A stretch of DNA of 63,988 nt, counting the filler, from Octopus bimaculoides (Eukaryota): the NCBI RefSeq assembly GCF_001194135.2. It is 6 parts of 6 records of this genome, joined end to end, with 100 filler letters (N's around TTAATTAATTAA, not from the genome) between each part and the next. Parts side by side here need not be neighbours in the genome. Positions count along the whole stretch, not along the records: positions 1 to 23,569 come from NC_068985.1; 5 more parts are not named here. One strand, 5' to 3'. Each line of letters opens with the position of its first letter. Within the stretch, counting starts at the first letter, position 1. Of the stretch, positions 1 to 11,284 are shown piece by piece. Under the pieces are notes generated by a model. It did not search any database. It worked only from the letters and a program-made list of their open reading frames with translations, and was not told the DNA's origin. Made by a program: the position numbers and the translations under genes.

Positions 1-353
1 ACATCTTATAGAGTTACTACCTACTCCTTTTCTACATACTGAGCAGGGCCATCTACCTGAAGGGGTTTGTGTTTTATCTACCTTCCTACTTATTAGGATT
101 TTGGTTTTAGCTAGGTTGACACTAAGGCCCTTCAATTCTAGACCTTGCTTCCACACCTGAAACTTCTCCTCTAGTTCTGATAGTGACTCCGCAATTAGGG
201 CAAGGTCATCAGCATAGAGGAGCTCCCAGGGGCAACCTGTCTTGAACTCCTCTGTGATTGCCTGGAGGACTATGATAAATAAGAGGGGGCTGAGGACGGA
301 ACCTTGGTGGACCCCTACCTCTACCCGGAATTCATTGCTGTACTCATTTCCAA
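1..353 (-). mobile_element. RTE-clade LINE fragment (RT YADD region), inverted relative to the adjacent copy; runs off the window edge
   Basis: The reverse complement aligns by eye to 590-938 (EF.VEVGVHQGSVLSPLLF...WELLYADDLALIAES...KTK...PCSVCRKGVG) with scattered substitutions. Confidence 0.88.
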
Positions 354-2235
354 GTTTGGATTCTTGCCAGGTAAAAGCACCACTGATGCCATTTTTCTGG
401 TAAGACAGCTGCAGGAGAAATATCTAGCCAAGGATAAACCTCTGTACCTGGCTTTCGTTGACATGGAGAAAGCTTTTGATATGGTCCCCCGATCCCTTAT
501 CTGGTGGTCAATGAGGAAACTAGGGATAGAAGAATGGTTAGTGAGAGGTGTGCGAGCCATGTACAGAGACGCTATCACTAAGGTGAGGGTTGGCAACGAG
601 TACAGTGAAGAATTCCGGGTAGAAGTAGGGGTCCACCAAAGTTCAGTCCTCAGCCCCCTCCTTTTTATCATAGTCCTCCAGGCAATAATAGAGGAATTCC
701 AGACAGGATGCCCCTGGGAGCTCCTCTATGCTGATGACCTTGCACTAATTGCTGAGTCACTATCAGAACTAGAGAAGTTTCAGGTGTGGAAGCAAGGACT
801 AGAGTCGAAGTGCTTAGATTCAACCTGGCTAAAACCAAAGTCCTAATAAGTAGGAAGGTAAACAACACACAAACCCCTTCAGGTAGATGGCCCTGCTCAA
901 TCTGTAGAAAAGGCGTGGGTAGAAACTCTATAAGATGCTCCCAGTGCAAGCTATGGACACAGAAGAGGTGCAGCAATATCAAAGAAAGGTTAACTAGGAA
1001 GTTAGTTTTTGTATGTAGCAGATGTTCAGGAGCTATAAATACTGTAAATGTGCAGAAAATAACTTCTGCCACATTCCAGGGAGAAAAACTAGACGTAGTT
1101 GATAGCTTCCGCTATCTAGGGGACCAAGTTAGTAGTGGGGGAGGGTGCGCTGAAAGTGTAGCTGCTAGAATAAGTATAGCCTGGGCAAAGTTCAGAGAGC
1201 TCTTACCTTTGCTGGTGTCAAAGGGTCTCTCTCTCAGAGTAAAAGGCAGACTGTATGATGCATGTGTACGAACAGCCATGCTTCATGGCAGTGAAACATG
1301 GGCTGTGACTGCTGAGGACATGTGTAAGCTCACAAGGAATGAAACCAGTATGCTCCGATGGATGTGTAATGTCAGTGTGCATACTAGACAGAGTATCAGT
1401 ACCTTGAGAGAAAAGTTGGACCTAAGAACCATCAGTTGTGGTGTACAAGAGAAACGATTGCACTGGTATGGTCATGTGGCGAGAATGGATGAGGATAGCT
1501 GTGTGAAAAAGTGCCACACCCTAGCAGTGTAGGGAACCTGTGGAAGAGGTAGGCCCAGGAAGGCCTGGGATGAGGTTGTGAAGCACGACCTTCGAACATT
1601 GGGCCTCACCAAGGCAACGAATTGTGACCGAGACCTTTGGAAATACACTGTGCGTGAGAAGACCCGGCAGGCCAATTGAGACCTAAATCCAAGGCCTCTT
1701 CCAGGGGTGTAGCCAGCTCACTTATGTGTACCTTCTTTCATTGGACACTAAACTCCGCTTGCAAAGACCTGTTGAGACAAGTGAAATTGAAATCTAACTA
1801 AATTCGACGACTGGCACCCATGCCAACGTCGTCTCCTCCATTGGACACGAAACTCGGCTTGTGAAGACCTGTTGGGGCAAGCGAAAGTGAAATCGTGATG
1901 GCACCTGTGCCCAACGTCGCCTTCCTGGCACGTGTAAAGACATTCGAGTGAGATCGTTGCCAGTGCCACTGGACTGGCTCCTGTGCAGGTGGCACGTGAA
2001 ATACACCATTTTGAGCGTGGCCGTTGCCAGTACCGCTTGACTGGCCTTNNNNNNNNNNNNNNNNNNNNNNNNNNNNNNNNNNNNNNNNNNNNNNNNNNNN
2101 NNNNNNNNNNNNNNNNNNNNNNNNNNNNNNNNNNNNNNNNNNNNNNNNNNNNNNNNNNNNNNNNNNNNNNNNNNNNNNNNNNNNNATCCAACCCATGCTA
2201 GCATGGAAAGCGTACGTTAAACGATGATGATGATG
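354..2235 (+). mobile_element. 5'-truncated RTE-clade LINE (RT, PHD-like insert, thumb/C-terminus, 3' UTR, (GAT)n tail)
   Basis: ORFs 304..846 (FVDMEKAFD, GVHQ.SVLSPLLF, LLYADD) and 786..1532 (KTK, FRYLG, LHWYGHV), with a frameshift between them. GRGRPRKAW continues to ~1560. The 3' end ccaacccatgctagcatggaaa...ttaaac(gat)n is shared with other copies. The 3' UTR contains an N gap. Confidence 0.93.
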
Positions 2236-2316
<81 letters not shown>

Positions 2317-2559
2317 ACGCACACACACGCATACGAGGTGTTTCAGTAAAATTGTTCAAATTCTATATTCAACTTTGAACCTTTGTATCTCAGGAATGCT
2401 TGAAGATAACTTAATGGAATTATTAGAGGTGTTCCAACACTATTGGACTCCCAACAAGAAAAATGTTGATTACTCTCCAAGTTCACCAGAAGAAATGTAA
2501 TGAAGTTGATCATGGATGAAAGTGACATTTTCTTGAATAATTAACCATAGCTCAGGATT

Positions 2560-3560
2560 GGAAGCTCATAAAGGATTGGAATAAAGTTCAAATGGAAGCT
2601 TAATGTTTTATTTCAAAGTGCCAGAGAGTTGCTCCTCTTTTGGCAATGACTTCTTCAACCCTCTTCCTGACTGCACCACAAGCTTTCTTAGTTAATTCCT
2701 CATCAGTGTCCTTTCCCCATGTCCTACAGATAGTTTTTGTGCTTGCAGGTTATTGTGGGGCTTTTCACAAGCTTTTTCTGACCAGTTCATTCCAGATGGG
2801 TTCAAATCAGGTGATGAAGGGGCAAAGTTTCTTTATCTCAAAACCTGTTCACAAACTCCTCCCAGAGAAATTTTTCAGCCACTGCACTTGTATGACAAGG
2901 AGATCCATCTTGCTGGCATGTAAACTTGTAGTCATTAGCGATCTTGTTGGAATTTCCCCTGTCTCTTGCCTTTTGATATTCAGAAAGAATTCAGGTCTTT
3001 ACATCTTTCAAAACATGAACATAAACTCCTATCAGTCTCTCAGCCTTCTCAAACATGATCAATGGCACCTTCTTGCCATTGGAGGCTGTGCTGGTGAAAA
3101 TCTTCACCTTGACAGGGTTTTGCACCTGAAAATAACTTTTGTGGCTCTCTCGGGAGGATCTGAAGCCAAAACACAGCTGTTGTATCTGTATGCGTATCTT
3201 GGGTGAAATTCTTCTCATCTGTGTGAAAGATCACTCCAGGATTATGTTTCACTTTGTTCAAGATGATGATCTCCCTCTCCAGCCTTCTGATCTTTTGTCC
3301 TAGAGTAACAAGTTACCTCATAGGTTTCGCGTATGATTTCATTTTCAAGTCTTCTGTCACTGCTCTTTGAACTGTCATTACTGAAACTCCTCTCTCATGT
3401 ACCAGGCATCTTGTCTCTTCAGTTCCAGATTGAAATGATGATCCTTCTTGCAGTTATGACCTCCTGATCCAGCTTTCATCACCACTATTCCTGCTTTCTC
3501 AAACATATTCACAATTTTCTTGATGGATCTTGAATGGACTATGAAGATGAAGCCAGAGAA
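2560..3560 (-). mobile_element. Degenerate Tc1/mariner-superfamily transposase relic (possibly maT/DD37D-like)
   Basis: Minus-strand motifs VIFHTDEK (D1), QQDGSPCH (D2) and (P)SSPDLNP about 37-38 residues after D2, with stops and frameshifts. The third catalytic residue is decayed, so the family is uncertain. Confidence 0.75.
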
Positions 3561-3779
3561 TGAATGTTGATACCATTACTGAAGGCCTGGATGATCTTAG
3601 CTCTCTCAACATTCCTCAGTTGGGAAGACCTGGTGAGGCTGGCACAAAATGATTTCAGCCTATTCTCTTTCTAGCTAAAGATCTCAATGGGTATTTTACT
3701 GATTCTTACAAAAACTGGTGTCAGTATGGCCAGTTGACATTCCTGTAGCGGGAGATTATTCTCTCTCCAAAACACTGCT

Positions 3780-4239
3780 GTAGCAACTGCATTGTTTCTC
3801 TTGCAATATGAACAGTTGCCTCATTTGCTGGAACCATGTGTAAGGTCTACTTTGAATGGCTTTCATGTTCCCCACACTTGACTAGCTCAGATTTTTTCTT
3901 GTGGGGATACCTGAAAGAGAGGGTTTATATCAACAAACTGGAGATCCTGGTACAACTGAAGAAGAACATCAATAGAGAAATCATAGAAGTGGGGTCTGAA
4001 ACTCTTGAGAGTGTTATGGTGCAAATTTTGGAAAGAGCACAGGCTTTGAAGCCAAAAATGGCTGCCATTTATGCAATGTCATTTTTCATATGTGATGTAG
4101 TGGTGTTGCACAATTTGGCTTGTGCATATTAATTTCCATGATGGTCTTTATATTGTATCAAAATTTCATGCATTTATTTGTAAAGTTAAGGAAGTTACTA
4201 AAAATTGAAACCCATTAGTGACTTTTGGAACACTCTGTA
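3780..4239 (+). mobile_element. 3' part of a Tc1/mariner element with right terminal inverted repeat
   Basis: ORF 3836..4132 contains CSPHLTSSDFFLWGYLKERVY (SPDL..DFFLWG.LK motif). It ends in ttttggaacactctg followed by TA at 4238-4239, a typical TIR/TA target end. Confidence 0.75.
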
Positions 4240-4832
4240 TAAATTATATGGGGTACAGTATGACAGTCTGAACATAATAAATATATCCAGTCTATTTGAT
4301 ATGGTGTTAGATTCTTGAGCCTACAGTGGAGGTGGATAAGATAGAATCAGTAAAGGCACCATCATTGTTCTTCCTTCATACTTATCAAGTCATTGTTGTG
4401 TAGCCATAAAATCATAGCTTTAGTTATACTATACTGCTGTCTAGTTGAAGGATTGTAAAATGGTATTTGATTGATGTAGGCAACTAAAAATATAAACCAA
4501 TAAAATAAACTTTTATTAGATACAATACAATCTTGATATATCTTGTGATTGGCAGTCATTGAATATTTTTCTAGATATATGTACATATAATTTATATGTA
4601 ATTTATCTCTGTTCCATTGGTGTAATCTCATTTTATTAAATGAGATATTTTATGACTAGAGTAAAGATAGTGAATTACATCATCAGGAATAGTGATAGAC
4701 TTAGTTAATTCCTCATTGACATAGATGAAAAAATATACCAACTTCATGTGTGTTAGAAATGAACTTGATATATTAGATATACTAAGAATTATGGTGTGTT
4801 CTTCTATGTGTGCCTTTGTATACTTTTTACAG

Positions 4833-4955
4833 TTGGTTCTTTGGGCCTATGGCACGAGAGGAAGCCAATGATATTCTGAAGAATGAGACCAGCAGTGGAA
4901 TATTCCTTGTTCGTGAAAGCCAGACTATGAGAGGAAACCTTGTGTTATCAGTGAA
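4833..4955 (+). CDS. Crk: Crk/CrkL-like adaptor, internal coding exon (SH2 N-terminal half: WFFGPMAREEANDILKNETSSGIFLVRESQTMRGNLVLSVK)
   Basis: Manual translation shows the SH2 W..G start and FLVRES motif. Acceptor tttttacAG at 4831-4832, donor GTAAG at 4956; phase 2 at both ends, joining in frame to the next exon. Confidence 0.93.
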
Positions 4956-5349
4956 GTAAGCTGTTAATTTTCTCTCTCTCTCTAACATTGTACTGCTTAA
5001 TATAAAATTGAATTGATGAGCACCTTCCATTTAAAATAATAAATAAAGCTGAATTTAAATGAAAGATGCTATCTAGATATTCATATTGTTTTAGACTTTT
5101 TTTTGTTTTTACTATTTCTTCAGTAAATCAAATGAAAATTAGAAACAGTTGTTTTTCTACTTACATTTTATTCTATTTGTTGAAGATAATATGACTTGGA
5201 ATGTCTTAAAATATAGGTTCAGTATTTAAAATATTTTTTAATGAAGTTTAAATAATTATGCTTTATTCGTTTTTTGAAAGAAATTTTAACATTGAATTTT
5301 ATTGAAACTTTTAAAATGTTAATGCAGCTCTTTATTTGTTTGTTTTCAG

Positions 5350-5503
5350 AGAAGACTGCAAGATGAGCCATTATATAATCAATAGGTCTCAACTAGGTGG
5401 AATTGCAACATTTAAGATTGGTGATCATGAATTCAATAGTATGCCCAGTTTATTGGCATTTTACAAAACACATTATCTAGACAGCACTTGCTTAATTGCA
5501 CCT
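5350..5503 (+). CDS. Crk: Crk/CrkL-like adaptor, coding exon (SH2 C-terminal half: EDCKMSHYIINRSQLGGIATFKIGDHEFNSMPSLLAFYKTHYLDSTCLIAP)
   Basis: SHYIIN...FKIGD.EF...P.LL.FYK.HYLD.T.LI.P is the Crk-family SH2 signature. Acceptor ttttcAG at 5348-5349, donor GTAAG at 5504; phase is compatible with the previous exon. Confidence 0.95.
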
Positions 5504-6649
5504 GTAAGTATATATTTGTATGTATTTCTTCAGTGAAATATCTCTGAAATTGATGTAATGTTGGAAATAATTGCTAGATTAGAGGAGATTATTGCTGATT
5601 TACAATGGTGAAAGTTACTTAGGTGAAAATTAAAACATGGTGATTTACCCCAAGGTTAGTCTGTAAGTTTATCAGAAAAAGTGTATGAAATCTTTCTGAA
5701 GGCAATGGTCAAGTGTAGCTTGGTGATTTAATTGAAGGATTACTTTAGGATACACTGCCATGAGCACTACCTGGTCCTTCAGTACCTTCCACTCTGTCGC
5801 TGCCTAGTTTAACATCAACACCTGATCCTTGGGCACCTTGAGTTGTCTCTGTTGCAGTGGTTCAACTTAGCTTTTAGGACTGCATCTTTCACTAATCTTG
5901 GAGACCTAATGAAAGGGTCAGGTGTATTGCCCTTCCCACTCTTAAAAAATATATTAAAATAACAAAGCAAAAATAGGAATATGAGAATCAGCTGCCCTTT
6001 CTATCACCAACCATCTTACATTTATTGCATTGATTATGGTGCCAGCACTATGCTGAATTGTTTCCTTTACTATGTGTTGTCTCCATTCAGTCACCAGTGC
6101 CAGAGTTCTTTCAGCCTCTCTTCCTTGTGTTTCCCTCTTATTGTTTCTTTTTTCTCCTGTGGATGATATGATAGTGTGATGGAAAGGCAAAAGACTGATA
6201 ATGGTTGTTGGTAAAGAGATTGAATAGGAGTGACGTTAGTAAATGATAGAGAGAGAGTAAAGAAAGAGAGTTTGTGATTGGCAGCTGCATGTGGGTTGTT
6301 AGCAAGGAAATTGAATGGAAACATTATGAAATATGTGATGGAAAAAGAGACAGTCAGATACAGGGCAATGGAAAAGGGAGAGAATGTGATGTATATCAAC
6401 AAATCAGTGAGAGGTTGAAGATGGGTGATTATGTGATAGTGATTGGTTAACAAATTATAGGTGATAGCTGTTGATGATGTGTGACAGGAGTGGAATTAAT
6501 TGGAGAGAGTGATGGCTAGTACTAAAGAGGGTGATGGTAGTGTGACAGATTAAGTATACACAGATTCAATGCCTTTCTATCTTTCATAGGAGAGAGGTGA
6601 GGCATGATTGGGAAGTGCGGTTGCTAATGTTATAAACTTTTCATATTAA

Positions 6650-9600
6650 CCCTTTTGTTACCATATTTCTAACCAAAATACATCCCTTATGTGTTTCAAT
6701 TAATTTCTAACATAATCATAAATTTAGTCTGGTTTCATTAAACAACTCTAACGTTTTTATTTATCAACATTTTAATGTGATTTTTGGAAGATAGTTTAAT
6801 GAAAGGTTCTCAACCAATTCTATACCATAATTTTTGTCACAAAGTGACTCTAATTACAGGTAAATACAGGTAAATTCAACAAAATATAAAATTATTAAAA
6901 TTTTTGTNNNNNNNNNNTACAGGTAAATACAGGTAAATTCAACAAAATATAAAATTATTAAAATTTTTGTTCAAACATCGCTATAGAAAATGGGTTATTA
7001 GCTAATATTCAATTGGGTATACAGCAAAATTTTACTATAGAAGAGTTGTACACATTACTGATTCATCAGGTGAATTTAAACACAAAAGACAGGTGTACCA
7101 TAAAGGTATAAATAAAACAAAAGACTGGAATTTGTTTGTGAAGAAAACTAGAAAATAAAATACACACACACCATCAACTAGATTAAGTAAGCTCTCCCAC
7201 ATACATAGATACACAGGAATATACAATAATGATTTACAAAAGAAATTAATCAAAATTCGTCACTCATCTTACAGGTAAATTAAAATAACAGGTAAATTAA
7301 AATAAAAACGAAGTAAATTTGAAAATATTTATAAAAATCAAATCACACATATATACAAATCAAACAATATTTCTATCATGAAAACTTGTAAAGCACCCTG
7401 CTCTACATAATGCAACCTTGCAGAATGCACATTGGAAAGTTGTTCCAACAGCCCTTCCACTAGGAGCTTTCCTTTTTTGATGAAGGCATTCACGACACTG
7501 CTTTTTGCGACCCTCGATTTTTAAAAATTTATGGCAATCGGCTGAATTCAAAGGGATATCTCTCTGGCAGGCTTTGCTTTTTCTCCCTACAGTTATTTTA
7601 TTTTTTTTTTTGAGGAATAACCAGCTCTTAGTTGCGTTGCAGATGGTCGCATCGCTTTCAAGCCAGTCCCAATTTGGTATATAGTATAAATGCATTAGTA
7701 ATATTCATATTTGTTGTTGTTGGCACTCTGTCGCTTATGACGTCGAGGGTTCCAGTTGATCCGATCAACAGAACAGCCTGCTCATGAAATTAACGTGCAA
7801 GTGACTGAGCACTCCACAGACACGTGTACCCTTAACGTAGTTCTCGGGGATATTCAGCATGACACAGTGTGACAAGGCTGACCCTTTGAATTACAGGCAC
7901 AACAGAAACAGGAAGTAAGAGTGAGAGAAAGTTGTGGTGAAAGAGTACAGCAGGGTTCACCACCATCCCCTGCCNNNNNNNNNNNNNNNNNNNNNNNNNN
8001 NNNNNNNNNNNNNNNNNNNNNNNNNNNNNNNNNNNNNNNNNNNNNNNNNNNNNNNNNNNNNNNNNNNNNNNNNNNNNNNNNNNNNNNNNNNNNNNNNNNN
8101 NNNNNNNNNNNNNNNNNNNNNNNNNNNNNNNNNNNNNNNNNNNNNNNNNNNNNNNNNNNNNNNNNNNNNNNNNNNNNNNNNNNNNNNNNNNNNNNNNNNN
8201 NNNNNNNNNNNNNNNNNNNNNNNNNNNNNNNNNNNNNNNNNNNNNNNNNNNNNNNNNNNNNNNNNNNNNNNNNNNNNNNNNNNNNNNNNNNNNNNNNNNN
8301 NNNNNNNNNNNNNNNNNNNNNNNNNNNNNNNNNNNNNNNNNNNNNNNNNNNNNNNNNNNNNNNNNNNNNNNNNNNNNNNNNNNNNNNNNNNNNNNNNNNN
8401 NNNNNNNNNNNNNNNNNNNNNNNNNNNNNNNNNNNNNNNNNNNNNNNNNNNNNNNNNNNNNNNNNNNNNNNNNNNNNNNNNNNNNNNNNNNNNNNNNNNN
8501 NNNNNNNNNNNNNNNNNNNNNNNNNNNNNNNNNNNNNNNNNNNNNNNNNNNNNNNNNNNNNNNNNNNNNNNNNNNNNNNNNNNNNNNNNNNNNNNNNNNN
8601 NNNNNNNNNNNNNNNNNNNNNNNNNNNNNNNNNNNNNNNNNNNNNNNNNNNNNNNNNNNNNNNNNNNNNNNNNNNNNNNNNNNNNNNNNNNNNNNNNNNN
8701 NNNNNNNNNNNNNNNNNNNNNNNNAGTGTAGCACATGAACGTGTTGCCACAGTATCTAAATTCTCCGCAAGTTTGACCGAACTGAAAAAGCGGTCAAAAA
8801 ATAATATACGGCCCTGGTTATGGTATGGAAGTGATAAATTCCAGACCACATCATACCTTAGGCCATGCTGACTTACATAATTGTCTCTTTTTCCTGTGTA
8901 AAATTCAAATCCAGAGCAGTACCCAGTATTTGATTCACAAATCTTCCAAACTTTGATCCCCCATTTTGTGGGCTTTCCTGGCATATACTGTCGAAAACGC
9001 ACTCAGCCTTTATAGTCTACCATACCCTCATCAATTGATAAATGTCTCCCTGGTCTATAAACTGTTTTATATGTGTTTTGGACACAGTCAATGAGGGGTC
9101 TTATTTTAAATAAGGGATCAAAGTCTGGTTCTCCACGTACTGGTGTACTGCTTGTGTCTCTTATATGTAGACATTGAGTCAATTTCAAAAATCGTGTCCT
9201 CGTTATTAAACTCGAGACATATTTGTCTCCAAAGGGTTCATCACTACTCCAGTAATTTGTTATTCTGGGTAACTTTCTAATGCCCATAATAATATTTATG
9301 GCAAAATATGCCTTAATTTCATTCAAGTTTGTGGGAAACCACAAGCTATCCTTTTTTACGCTTTGTTTACTTTCAGCGTAATGGTTTGTTTCTGCTGTAA
9401 TCGTTGTACAAAACTATAGCTGAACTGTTTTCGCAGTATAATCACGTGTTTTCACGAATGTACTAACGAGAAATAGTCTAAAGCTTTACTCTCCTGGGTA
9501 AGACTGTGGCTTGGTCCAGTTTGTTCAGAAAAATCACTGAAAGAAGGAGTTTTTAAATTTTCACTCCATTCAGGTACTAATTCATTCTCTTTATCGCTAT

Positions 9601-10041
9601 CGGAGCTCTCAGATTCACTGCTTTCCCTTTCGGAAAATGAAACCTCAGATTCAGTATCAAATACCACATGCTTTTTTTTTTTTTCAGTTACAGAGTTAGA
9701 TTTATCAAGGTCTTCAATGGAAAATCCTTCGAATTCTGACTCGTTGCTTGACAGAATAAAATTGGTATCCATTTTTTGTCAGAATTACAAATTTTAAAAA
9801 CACGATAGGAACAAATTTGGAAAAAAATCTCACAAAATTAAAATAACACGTCGATCGTTGTACAAAACTATAGCTGAACTGTTTTCGCAGTATAATCACG
9901 TGTTTTCACGAATGTACTAACGAGATTCGCTCTGATATTCTCATTTAAATATGAATATGTGATTGCGGGCGGTTTTGGGCGGCTTGGTCACATGAACCAA
10001 AATTTTTTCGGGCGGCTTTGGCCGGTTTGGTAACGAAAGGG
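6650..10041 (-). mobile_element. piggyBac (PGBD4-like) DNA transposon with both termini; transposase disrupted
   Basis: TTAA at 6646-6649 and 10042-10045; TIRs CCCTTTTGTTACCA / TGGTAACGAAAGGG (13 of 14 match). Minus-strand transposase pieces: acidic N-terminus 9772-9452, DPLFKIRPL...SIDEGM..YKG*VRFRQYMPGKPTKWGIK...FFDRFFSS, NAFILY near 7690, and a C-terminal Cys-rich domain CREC...C..C..ALC...CF..FH near 7400-7500. A 752-N gap lies inside. Confidence 0.92.
7705..7974 (-). mobile_element. SINE (family B) nested in the piggyBac transposase; 5' end lost in the N gap
   Basis: The body matches the SINE at 26870-27120 (cctgctcatgaaattaacgtgcaagtgactgagc...gacacgtgtaccctta...gtgacaagg...ccctttgaa), with a (CAA)n-like tail near 7710. 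Confidence 0.75.
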
Positions 10042-11236
10042 TTAAGGAAACTTAACATGTACATAATAGACAAGAGACCCAAATGTCTATTATTCATCCC
10101 AACCTCTATCACCACTGTTATTTTTATGCTTGTCTGGGTTGAGCAAACATTTCCAGTGCAACATTTCACCAAAGATTAGTCCTTTATCTTCTTTGTGAGG
10201 TTCAGTTTCTTGAGATCAATCTTCACTACTTCATCTTATATATTCTTTTGTTCCCCCTCTTCTACAAGCGTCATCTACATTGGGCTCATTTTTACCCAAC
10301 TGTCATCCACATCACAGACCCATATCAATACAGTCTTCTTTCTTGCACACTACAACTGATTTCACTTGTACCTTAGTTTTTAACTCTTCTCATGTCATCT
10401 ATACTCTGTTCATGCACAATAACATTATTCAAGGTGATAATTAAATATGCTTTACCTTATTACTTCCAGGTTTTTGTAAATCTTCTCCTTGCAAGTCCTA
10501 CAACTCACTACCATACAACATTGTGCTTCATACTGTCTACCCTTCACTCTGAAATAGTAATCTTTTGTTTTCAGTAAAAAGTAACAGCCATTCCTACTTT
10601 GGCAATGTTTTCCAAACATTACTTAAGTAATAAAAGCTATGAACTATTTCCAAGACACTTTCTGTGCTTTGAAGGAATTTATTTCATGTATTCCTTTACA
10701 GCTAACTACTGCTGTATATGTACACAGCAAATCTACCTTGTCTGTCAACCTGTCTGTAATCTCACTGTATCTCATGTGCACCCATAGTTAGGGTACACCA
10801 TATGGAATTCCTACTTACACCATTTCTACATATTATGGCCATTTTACAGAAGATAGTAGAGCCTTACCTTTCTTTCCTGTTAAACAGTAGTTTTGCTAGG
10901 TTTACTAGGATTTATTTTTGATTCTCACGCTTTGCTTCCACATTTGGAATTTCTTCTCTAAATCTATGACAGATTCAGCCACAATAATTAAATCTGTCAT
11001 AGGGGATTTCTCCTAGTCAACTGATCTTCAGTTCCCATGTTATAGTCTGGAACACTATAGTAAACAGTATGGGTTTGAGATGGTATATCTGTAAATTGTA
11101 GACACCAAAATAATGATAGTAACACCTTGTATCTTATTTGATAGAAAGAGGGATTTATATAGGTTTGTCAGCAGACTTTTATACAGATTTGTACAAGTCT
11201 GTAATCAATATCTCTATGGACAGTTAAAGAAGGTAC

Positions 11237-11284
11237 TTAGTCACTGATGAAATCCCAACACTGGATTGAAACTAGCCTGGTTGA
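11237..11284 (+). ncRNA. Decayed minimal type I hammerhead-ribozyme motif (Penelope-like terminus); predicted inactive
   Basis: UUAGUCA-CUGAUGA-AAUCC(CAACACU)GGAUU-GAAAC-UA-GCC-UGGUUGA: intact core boxes, 5-bp stem II and 7-bp stem I with G-U pairs. The cleavage triplet is GCC instead of GUC. Confidence 0.6.

Noticed and set aside
6855-6970. Direct repeats flanking short N runs (6855-6970, 13180-13272, 13424-13550)
   Set aside because: Identical sequence immediately either side of ~10 N is the signature of unmerged contig overlaps.
7832-8871. Long ORFs of 250-380 aa spanning N runs (also 24223-25232, 50840-51537)
   Set aside because: The length comes from X residues of gaps; only the piggyBac and Tx1 portions are real.
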